Source of the DNA: Candidatus Scalindua sp.
Lineage (GTDB): Bacteria > Planctomycetota > Brocadiia > Brocadiales > Scalinduaceae
Direction of reading: 5' to 3'
DNA: 32,000 bases
Assembly (NCBI GenBank): GCA_031316235.1
Contig: JALDRA010000001.1
Span: 690,001 to 722,000, forward strand
How positions within the stretch are numbered: the first letter of the stretch is position 1; the number at the start of each line of letters is the position of its first letter. The notes beneath the pieces are model-generated. The model saw only the letters and a list, made by a program, of their open reading frames with translations, had not been told where the DNA came from and made no database searches. The position numbers were made by a program, and so were the translations under genes. Below are positions 9,708 to 16,738 of the stretch, one piece after another.

Positions 9708-9725
9708 TATACTGAAACCGATTTG
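9708..9725 (+). repeat. 18-bp terminal fragment of family-1 MITE
   Basis: tatactgaaaccgatttg matches the 5' end of copies A and D only. Confidence 0.5.
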
Positions 9726-9758
9726 CAATGGGGAGAGAAAAAGAGTTGCCAGATTATC

Positions 9759-10079
9759 ATGTTCAAATTTCAAAAAATTGTTGATGGCCTAAAGCACGCC
9801 TTCGCCGTTGATTCAGCAAAGCTGAACGTTGATGAAATAGCCCTTATCGACAAGCTGGCAGACTATGTGGTCAGGAGAAAGATGTCGGTACCCGCCATCA
9901 TGTTTCTTGAATCCATTCAGCCCTTAAACTTTTTTGGTAATCAGGCAGGTACCTTTTTTAAGCCCATAATCACAAACTTCTTCTCAGCTCATGACTATGA
10001 TCGTATCATCAGTATATTGGAAAAAAGAGAAGCCTTGAATATACTGATTCGCAAGATAGAAAAAAGGGTTAATGGTTGA
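9759..10079 (+). CDS. Hypothetical protein (106 aa)
   Basis: ORF track 9723..10079. Start moved to MFKFQK because the first codons overlap the MITE fragment. No motif recognised. Confidence 0.45.
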   Translation: MFKFQKIVDGLKHAFAVDSAKLNVDEIALIDKLADYVVRRKMSVPAIMFLESIQPLNFFGNQAGTFFKPIITNFFSAHDYDRIISILEKREALNILIRKIEKRVNG

Positions 10080-10118
10080 CAAATATCACTCAAGAAAGTA
10101 TATTTTAAACAAATCCAT

Positions 10119-10195
10119 GCGCCCGTAGCTCAATTGGATAGAGTGGTGGACTTCGAATCCAACGGTTGCAGGTTCAAGTCCTGCCGGGCGTACCA
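10119..10195 (+). tRNA. tRNA-Arg (anticodon TCG), CCA encoded
   Basis: Hand-folded cloverleaf: acceptor GCGCCCG/CGGGCGT, D arm GCTC..GAGT, anticodon loop CTTCGAA, T arm GCAGG TTCAAGT CCTGC, then A-CCA. Confidence 0.9.
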
Positions 10196-10321
10196 TAAAG
10201 ATATCTATTTCCGCTCCGTATGCCAGTCATTGGTATAGGGATGACCTGAAACAGCAGACAATATATTCATGATGAGGGGAATAAGCGTAAGCTGCATTTC
10301 CCTCATCCATACACCGCAAAA

Positions 10322-10395
10322 GCGCCCTTAGCTCAGCCAGGCAGAGCAACTGACTCTTAATCAGTGGGTCGTAGGTTCGATTCCTACAGGGCGCA
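10322..10395 (+). tRNA. tRNA-Lys (anticodon CTT), CCA not encoded
   Basis: Acceptor GCGCCCT/AGGGCGC, anticodon stem ACTGA/TCAGT with loop CTCTTAA, T arm GTAGG TTCGATT CCTAC. Confidence 0.9.
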
Positions 10396-10633
10396 AATCT
10401 TTTTTCTCCCACAATTTACACTTAACTTCCTTACTTTAAAAGGCTTAAATTAGCACAAGCCCCTCACTTCAAATCTGCTAAAACTGTAATAAATGTATCA
10501 ATATGTTACAATTTATAGGCAGAGTATGGGCAAGAAAAACTTCGCAGGCAGAATATGGGCAGAATTTTGCAATCAGTGGATCGTTGACGACCCATAAAAT
10601 GAATCAATCAGTAAGTCGTATATTTTTGGTGAT

Positions 10634-10705
10634 CTTACCTCCTCTTTTTCTTCTTTGATTGTCATAGTTTGTCATATTGACTTTGATTGTATTACTAGAT
10701 AACAT
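10634..10705. promoter_or_regulatory. Divergent regulatory module, copy 1 (minus-strand RBS remnant, TTGTCATA direct repeats, plus-strand TTGACT-17-TAACAT)
   Basis: cttacctcctctttttcttctttgattgtcatagtttgtcatattgacttt is near-identical to 28164-28216 and related to 14335-14416. Confidence 0.6.
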
Positions 10706-10759
10706 GCTTTTTTTCAGGTTATCTATAAACTTATTAATTACTTATTATCCGGAGAAATC

Positions 10760-11392
10760 ATGAAACCAATAGGTATATTATTAATCGTGTTGGGGATAGC
10801 CATGGCAATAGGTAGTGTCTGGCTTTCGCACATAGAGTTGCGTAATACATTTCGTAACGAAATTGCTCAAATTGGCTCTTCTGCTAATACGCCCAATACA
10901 TCAATATCCGCCACTTCCGCAATTACTCAAGCCAGATCTCAACTAATTCAATCTCGCCGCGAACTTGATAGAACCCTCTCTGAATTAAGGTCTGTGAAAA
11001 CAGCAATGGTCGGTTTTTCAAGGCTAATACAACCAAGACCCGGTGAAGATACAAGTAGAGCTCAAGCCGCTGTGAGAAATGCACAAGGTAATCTTGAAGA
11101 ATTGCAGAGACGAGTGGAGGCCATGAATGCTACTGCATTAAGAGCGGAATCTGAAACTCGGGATGTGATCATGCAATATGAAAATGCATTAAATATTGCA
11201 GCGGAAGAGGCACTAAAGAAAAGCTCGCCGAAAACTAATGTAACAACACTCGCACTACCGATTATTGGGGCTCTGGTTAGCGTTACAGGATTAGTATTAA
11301 GCTGGAGAAGCAAAGAGGTAGAAAAACAGAAAACCTTGTTAGAAATTGCTGAATTACGGCAGAAATTAGAAGCAACTGAATCAACCGGATAA
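10760..11392 (+). CDS. Hypothetical membrane protein: N- and C-terminal TM helices flanking a coiled-coil-like region
   Basis: ggagaaatc RBS. MKPIGILLIVLGIAMAIGSVWL at the N-terminus and LALPIIGALVSVTGLVLSW near the C-terminus. The middle is Q/R/E/L-rich. Confidence 0.6.
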   Translation: MKPIGILLIVLGIAMAIGSVWLSHIELRNTFRNEIAQIGSSANTPNTSISATSAITQARSQLIQSRRELDRTLSELRSVKTAMVGFSRLIQPRPGEDTSRAQAAVRNAQGNLEELQRRVEAMNATALRAESETRDVIMQYENALNIAAEEALKKSSPKTNVTTLALPIIGALVSVTGLVLSWRSKEVEKQKTLLEIAELRQKLEATESTG

Positions 11393-11445
11393 CAAAGGGC
11401 TCCAAGGGACGCTTCGCTACGTGCCCCTGAGCCCAGGCGTTAGCC
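11390..11445 (+). terminator. Long imperfect hairpin (REP/terminator-like) at the stop codon of the 210-aa gene
   Basis: taacaaagggctc ... gagcccaggcgtta arms. A related ggctaaca... element lies at about 12955-13015 after the next gene. Confidence 0.3.
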
Positions 11446-11469
11446 ACGAAAAAAAAATCACGACATGTT

Positions 11470-12849
11470 ATGAAAATTAAGAAATCAGAAGGTGTTACAG
11501 CTACAGAAAAATTACTAGCTGATCTATGTGAAAACACTTTCCTTAAATTATGGTCTTACCCTAATCCGTTTAATGACAACCAAGACGAATTGTGTGATTT
11601 GTTGGCTGTTTTCGAAAATCATATATTTATTTTTTTTGATAGAGAGAACCTCACATTACAAAATGAGAGTAAAGAACCAAATGTAATTTGGAATCGATGG
11701 AAGAAAAAAGTAATAGATGCTCAAATTCGAACAGCTAACGGAGTGGAAAGATACATACTTCAATCTAGAAAAATCTTTTTAGATCAAAAAAAAAGCATTC
11801 CTTTACCAATAGAATTTGACGTAAAAAACATTACTATTCACAAAATAATTATCGCCCATGGTGCAAAAGAAGCTTGCAAACAATTTTCTGAAAATAATAT
11901 CTATGGAAGTTTAGCTATTTCATACGGAGAACATACTAAAAAACTTCCATTTCCATTTTTCATAGATCTAGACAAAAGCAATCCTGTACACATTTTTGAT
12001 TCCCATAATTTACTAATAATTTTCTCAGAATTAGATACATTTTCTGACTTTACCACCTACTTAGATGCCAAGATAATGGCTATCAAGAAATACAATGCTT
12101 TGGTCTATTGTGGTGAAGAAGATCTGTTGGCCCATTATTTCATAAATTTTGATAAAGATAACAATCGTCATTATATCGGAACATTGGATGAGGGGGTGAA
12201 TGGTATCATCATCAGAGAAGGTGAGTGGCATGACTTTGTAGATCGCAAAGAGTATAAAGCCAAAAAGAAAGCTGACAAGGAATCCTACCTCTGGGATGAC
12301 ATTATACAGAGAACATGTGGGCATACATTAGATGGAACAATATTAGGTGTGAACACACCCCTGGAAGGGAAAAGCGCAATTCATGAAATGGCAAAGGAAC
12401 CCCGATTTCACAGGCGTTACCTTTCAAGTCACATGATAAAAGCAATCCAATCTTTCCCAGAAAGCAAAGACAAAATAGTCAGAAAAATTTCTTTAATGCC
12501 TTCATTTTTCAAAGGTAAGTCATATCTCTTTCTTCAATTGAAAGTCCAAGGTTTTTCAGAAACATATGAAGAGTACAGGGAAAAGCGGAGAACAATGCTT
12601 GAAATTGCTTGTGGTACTGCGAAGAACAAATTTGAACATTTAGATACTATCGTAGGAATAGCTATTGATGCGCCTAAGTTCTCAAAGACAAATTCAGAAG
12701 ACTTTATCCTGATGAACTGCGCAAACTGGTCTGAAAAAAAAAGAGATTATTATAAAGACCTCAATAGGAATTGGAATTTCTTCGAAACTGATAATTTGTC
12801 AATGCAATACAAAACTACAACCGAATTTCCTCTGGAATCTTCAACATAA
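11470..12849 (+). CDS. Uncharacterised 459-aa protein; possible nuclease-like N-terminal segment; member of a SEC-C-tailed family
   Basis: N-terminal EKLLADLCENTFLKLWSYPNPF...ELCDLLAVFENHIFIFFDRE...WNRWKKKVIDAQ resembles proteins I recall ending in a SEC-C motif. The in-frame SEC-C relic follows (next feature). Confidence 0.65.
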   Translation: MKIKKSEGVTATEKLLADLCENTFLKLWSYPNPFNDNQDELCDLLAVFENHIFIFFDRENLTLQNESKEPNVIWNRWKKKVIDAQIRTANGVERYILQSRKIFLDQKKSIPLPIEFDVKNITIHKIIIAHGAKEACKQFSENNIYGSLAISYGEHTKKLPFPFFIDLDKSNPVHIFDSHNLLIIFSELDTFSDFTTYLDAKIMAIKKYNALVYCGEEDLLAHYFINFDKDNNRHYIGTLDEGVNGIIIREGEWHDFVDRKEYKAKKKADKESYLWDDIIQRTCGHTLDGTILGVNTPLEGKSAIHEMAKEPRFHRRYLSSHMIKAIQSFPESKDKIVRKISLMPSFFKGKSYLFLQLKVQGFSETYEEYREKRRTMLEIACGTAKNKFEHLDTIVGIAIDAPKFSKTNSEDFILMNCANWSEKKRDYYKDLNRNWNFFETDNLSMQYKTTTEFPLESST

Positions 12850-12945
12850 AAAACCAGAATTGGAAAATTTGGAAGAAATTCCCCATGTCCTTGAGGTTCA
12901 GGGAAGAAATATAAAAAGTGTTACAGAAACATTATATATAATTAG
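12850..12945 (+). pseudogene. In-frame relic of a SEC-C metal-binding tail, cut off by TAA (12847) and carrying TGA at a Cys position
   Basis: In the frame of the 459-aa ORF this reads KTRIGKFGRNSPCP*GSGKKYKKCYRNIIYN*, compared with the canonical GRNdPCPCGSGKKYKKCC. Confidence 0.6.
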
Positions 12946-13089
12946 AAAAATAGGCTAACAAAACGTTCCACCGGAAATTTTTTCCGCTGCACTCCAAAGT
13001 TTCTGGTGAACTAAACGAGGGAATAGGGTCAGACCTTGAATATAGAATAATACGAGGGAATAGGGTCAGACCTTGAATATAGAATATGC

Positions 13090-13118
13090 TTGACAAGCAG
13101 GAGTATTAGATCAATAAT
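13090..13118 (+). promoter_or_regulatory. Candidate sigma70 promoter of the element (TTGACA-17-AATAAT)
   Basis: ttgaca agcaggagtattagatc aataat, 9 nt before the ATG at 13127. Conserved in copy 2 (21714-21742). Confidence 0.4.
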
Positions 13119-13126
13119 ATGCCGTT

Positions 13127-14103
13127 ATGGCACGACCCTGGAGAATACAATATGAAGGTGCAATTTATCACGTCATGTCGAGAGGAGTAGGCAGAGGAGA
13201 GATTTTTCTTACCAATGGAGATTATTCAAGATTTATGGAATATATGGCAAGCGTCAGAGAAAAGTTTAATTTAGATATATTTGCATTTGTCTTGATGGCT
13301 AATCATTACCATATTCTTTTAAGAACGAATGATGCAAATCTTTCAAAGGCCATGCAATGGATACAGACCGCCTATAGCATTTATTACAATCGCAATCATA
13401 ATCGCTGTGGACATCTTTTTCAGGGAAGATATAAGAGCGTTCTTGTCGAAAATGAATCTTACTGGCACATTTTAAGTTTATATATACATTTGAATCCCAT
13501 ACGAGCCGGCATGGTTGAAAAGCTGAGAGAGTATAATTGGAGTAGCTATCATGATTATGTTAACGTCAGGAAAAAGAAATAAGTGGGTAAACAGCGAAGC
13601 TGTTTTAGAGGGGATATGTAGTGACAAACAAGAATCCAGGAGGGAATATAGAAAATTGATCCGGAAAGCATCCGGTAGAGAAAATGACTTCCTTGAAGAC
13701 ATAAAGTATGGAATGATTTTGGGAAGCGATAAGTTTGTGGAGTGGGTGCAAAGGAAGTTTATAGACCGAACGGAGAAAGAAGATGCTGACTTACCACAAA
13801 AAAGAGAATAAGTGATGATGGTGTGATCGAAAAGGTAATAGAAGAGATAATACATAATTATAAAATAGACAAGACCACACTACTACAAAGAAAAAGGCAT
13901 ATACCATTTTGAAGCCAGAGATGTAAGTATGTATATATTGAAGACGTATACAGGGGCTATCAAATAAAGTAATAGGTGAGATGTTTGGAGTAAGTATAAG
14001 TGCAGTAAATAAAGCAGCAATACGTATAAATAAGCAGAGTAAAACAAGTAAGGCCTTTAGAAGGAAATTAGAGGAGATTACGCATTCTACTTTCAAGGTC
14101 TGA
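13127..14103 (+). pseudogene. Y1 (HUH) IS200-like/COG1943 transposase fused to a DnaA_C-like HTH; four homopolymer frameshifts
   Basis: HUH = ANHYHILL and Tyr motif LFQGRYKS. Relative to copies 2 and 4 there are indels at about 13566 (A5 vs A4), 13798 (A6 vs A7), 13908 (T4 vs T3) and 13953 (G4 vs G3). Confidence 0.75.
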
Positions 14104-14144
14104 CCCTGGATTTTTTTCAAGGCCTTCAACAGCCTGGAAAGAGT

Positions 14145-14330
14145 CTATTTGCCAGCGAATACGTTATGGTGGAGTATGATATCGCGTATTCCGCCTTGAT
14201 TGACATCGAGTACAACCTTGCCTATATAGTTATTGTTTATCACCTCATGTTTAGTGAGAAGTAAAACGAGCTCTTTTTTTAGATCCTTCTCTCGCTTCCG
14301 GATATCCTCGACCAATCCGTTTTGACTCAT
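14145..14330 (-). CDS. Small protein (61 aa), possibly DUF2292/YezD-like
   Basis: Strong RBS gaggaggtaaggggg. GKVVLDVNQGGIRDIILHHN resembles the YezD beta-hairpin pattern, recalled from memory. A truncated homolog lies at 28089-28163. Confidence 0.45.
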   Translation of the reverse strand: MSQNGLVEDIRKREKDLKKELVLLLTKHEVINNNYIGKVVLDVNQGGIRDIILHHNVFAGK

Positions 14331-14334
14331 CCCC

Positions 14335-14439
14335 CTTACCTCCTCTTTTTTAATGATCCATATGTAACTTAATTATTTTCCATCATCTTCGATTTTCATG
14401 GTTTGTCATATTGACTTTTTAGTAGATTAATGGTAAATC
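14335..14439. promoter_or_regulatory. Divergent regulatory module, copy 2 (TTGACT-17-TAAATC toward 14486; RBS toward 14330)
   Basis: cttcgattttcatggtttgtcatattgactttttag aligns with cttctttgattgtcatagtttgtcatattgactttttat in copy 3. Confidence 0.55.
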
Positions 14440-14485
14440 ATTTACTGGTTATGATCACCACATAATTTCCTTATCGAGAATAAAT

Positions 14486-16018
14486 ATGGCAAGAAAAAAT
14501 GGTAAAAGAAAAAAAAGACAATCCAAAAAAGGAAATTTTACATCAATTGCAAAACACAAACGTTCAGGTAACGTACTAGGTACTGTAGCCTCAGATTTAA
14601 ACATGAAGATAATCGAGTGGGAACGAGATCTAATGCCTGAACATTTATGGCTCGATCTTCTTGCAGATGAATACAAAAAACTACAATGGCATGATATCTA
14701 TAATGAATTCCTCGACAAAATAGATTCCGTTCTCGATGAAGAGCGTAAAACTCCTTTCTTAGGACTTATTTCAGACTTTGGTATTTTGACAGAAAATGAA
14801 AAGAATAAATTTCTTGAACTTCACAAAGATTTCGCTTACAAGTTCTTTTTTTTACCAATCGGTAAATGCCTATCCTTTTATCCAGAAAATCCAGCAAGTT
14901 GGCTTGTACTTGATGAATGGAAAGACAAAGAGTCAATCGATTTTGTAACTGAACTGAATAAATTATCAAGATCTCTTTTGCGCCTCAAGAAAGCAAAAGA
15001 CCTATATGCTGGTAACTTAAGAGCAGTTCCATTAAATCGATTATTTAAACATAATAAATTATTTCTTAAGGCCGGTGTATGTGACGATTTAGCATCTTTA
15101 CTGTCTAAATATCCAGTTAATTGTTCTGAATATGAACAATACCGCGTTCAGCAGTTTGCAAGAAATTCAATAAATCAATTATTTATGATTACTGATCGCT
15201 ATAAATCAAGAAGTTGGCCGAAATATTTTTGGCGTCACAATCTGAACTTGGTTGTCTGTCGTCCCATTGAGGGTTCATTGAGGAAAGGTGACATCAATAA
15301 GGACGAAGAAATAAAAGAATTGCAAGGTCGCTTCTGGGAAAACTGTATCATTCTAATGAAGTATGTCGATAAAATAGGAATGCAATATCGCTATGACCTT
15401 TACAACCCTATTCCAAATGAAATTAAACTTGGTTTATTTTCACGTATAGTAAGGTTATACATTTCATTCATCTCGAATCCTTTTCTTTGGACGCGAGATC
15501 TAGCCGGAATCATGTTACGTTGCATTGGAGAAACGACCATAATATTTTTTTACTTGGTCAATAAAGGATCAGAGGAAGAGATCAAAGCATTTGAAAATTA
15601 TTCGTTAGGTAAAGAAAAAATATTAATGCTCCATATGCAAGATACTCTTCAAGAAAAACGAACGTTAGAGGGAGAATCTATAGAGGATATATCTAACGAA
15701 CTTGGAGGAGACTTTGTTGCAGAAATGCAAAAAATTGACCTTAAGGGATGGACGAAGAAAAATATAAGAGATCTCTCACTAGAAGTTGGTTTGGAAAATA
15801 TATACAGGTGGGTGGTTGACCCCACAAGTGCAGAAATACATGGATCGTGGTCGAGTATAAAAAAATCAAATCTTGTTTTATGTGCGCAAATTCTTCACAG
15901 ATTTCATCGTGTACCAAAGTTCTATGAACCACCTATTTTTTTAGTACCAATTTATGTCGCCACACGAATTTATTGGGAGCATTCCCGATTTTTTGTAAAA
16001 TATAATAAAAGATCTTGA
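14486..16018 (+). CDS. Uncharacterised 510-aa protein with a highly basic N-terminus
   Basis: Long intact ORF starting MARKNGKRKKRQSKKGNF. No catalytic motif recognised. It ends 31 bp before the methyltransferase gene. Confidence 0.65.
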   Translation: MARKNGKRKKRQSKKGNFTSIAKHKRSGNVLGTVASDLNMKIIEWERDLMPEHLWLDLLADEYKKLQWHDIYNEFLDKIDSVLDEERKTPFLGLISDFGILTENEKNKFLELHKDFAYKFFFLPIGKCLSFYPENPASWLVLDEWKDKESIDFVTELNKLSRSLLRLKKAKDLYAGNLRAVPLNRLFKHNKLFLKAGVCDDLASLLSKYPVNCSEYEQYRVQQFARNSINQLFMITDRYKSRSWPKYFWRHNLNLVVCRPIEGSLRKGDINKDEEIKELQGRFWENCIILMKYVDKIGMQYRYDLYNPIPNEIKLGLFSRIVRLYISFISNPFLWTRDLAGIMLRCIGETTIIFFYLVNKGSEEEIKAFENYSLGKEKILMLHMQDTLQEKRTLEGESIEDISNELGGDFVAEMQKIDLKGWTKKNIRDLSLEVGLENIYRWVVDPTSAEIHGSWSSIKKSNLVLCAQILHRFHRVPKFYEPPIFLVPIYVATRIYWEHSRFFVKYNKRS

Positions 16019-16049
16019 CTTCCTCGTTGTTTTCAACGATAATTCTTCC

Positions 16050-16715
16050 ATGAATTATCCAGGCGGCAAAGGAGGTGTATTCCAAAAGTTAATCAATCTT
16101 ATGCCACCCCATGATGTCTACATAGAGACTCATTTGGGTGGTGGCGCTGTTATACGGAACAAACGACCTGCCAGGAGTAATTTTGGGATAGAAATTGACT
16201 CGGAAGTTGTTGAGATGTGGACAAATATGCATCCAATAGGTTTTGAACTGGTCCATGATGACGCAATTAATTATCTGAATAATTATCATTTCACAGGAAA
16301 AGAACTGGTATATTGTGACCCACCATATCTTCGCGAGACAAGGAAAAAGTATGGACGGCTATATAAATATGACTATAGCCGTGCGCAGCACATCGAACTT
16401 TTGGAAGTTTTGAAAACTCTTCCCTGCATGGTGATGATATCCGGTTACGAGTCAACCTTATACAAAGAATCATTGCGTAGCTGGCAGACACATTCTTTTC
16501 AGGCCGTCTGTCATCATGGCGTAGCAACGGAGTGGTTATGGATGAACTATAGTGTTCCGGTAGGACTGCACGACTATCGTTATCTTGGCAATAACTTTCG
16601 TGAGCGGGAACGGATAAAGAGGAAGACCAAAAGGTGGACAGCGAAACTTAAATCCATGCCTGTATTAGAACGTCAGGCGTTACTATTCGCCATAGATGTA
16701 TTCAGGGAGCGATAG
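16050..16715 (+). CDS. Compact D12-class-like N6-adenine DNA methyltransferase
   Basis: NYPGGKGGVF, ETHLGGGAV (FxGxG-like) and CDPPYL motifs. Unusually, DPPY lies only about 55 aa after motif I, and the C-terminus is basic (FRERERIKRKTKRW). Confidence 0.8.
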   Translation: MNYPGGKGGVFQKLINLMPPHDVYIETHLGGGAVIRNKRPARSNFGIEIDSEVVEMWTNMHPIGFELVHDDAINYLNNYHFTGKELVYCDPPYLRETRKKYGRLYKYDYSRAQHIELLEVLKTLPCMVMISGYESTLYKESLRSWQTHSFQAVCHHGVATEWLWMNYSVPVGLHDYRYLGNNFRERERIKRKTKRWTAKLKSMPVLERQALLFAIDVFRER

Positions 16716-16738
16716 AAGTCTTTTGAAAGGGGGTATTT

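Larger units (their letters stand above)
13016..14113 (+). mobile_element. Y1/HUH-transposase element, copy 1 (full length, left end tandemly duplicated, ORF frameshifted)
   Basis: 16-bp inverted termini agggtcagaccttgaa (13025-13040 and 13062-13077) and ttcaaggtctgaccct (14092-14107). A 34-bp left end is repeated at 13016-13049 and 13053-13086. Confidence 0.7.

Noticed and set aside
10227-10412. Minus-strand 61-aa ORF
   Set aside because: It overlaps tRNA-Lys on the opposite strand. Its peptide (FAPCRNRTYDPLIKSQLL) is the typical antisense-tRNA artefact.
13478-14129. Minus-strand ORFs across the Y1-element copies: 13478..13855, 13791..14129, 22227..22472, 22312..22521, 25871..26236, 25912..26151, 26442..26729 and 26542..26778
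   Set aside because: They are low-complexity L/Y/F-rich peptides antisense to the conserved HTH-coding region. They recur only because the element recurs, and their lengths vary with the indels.
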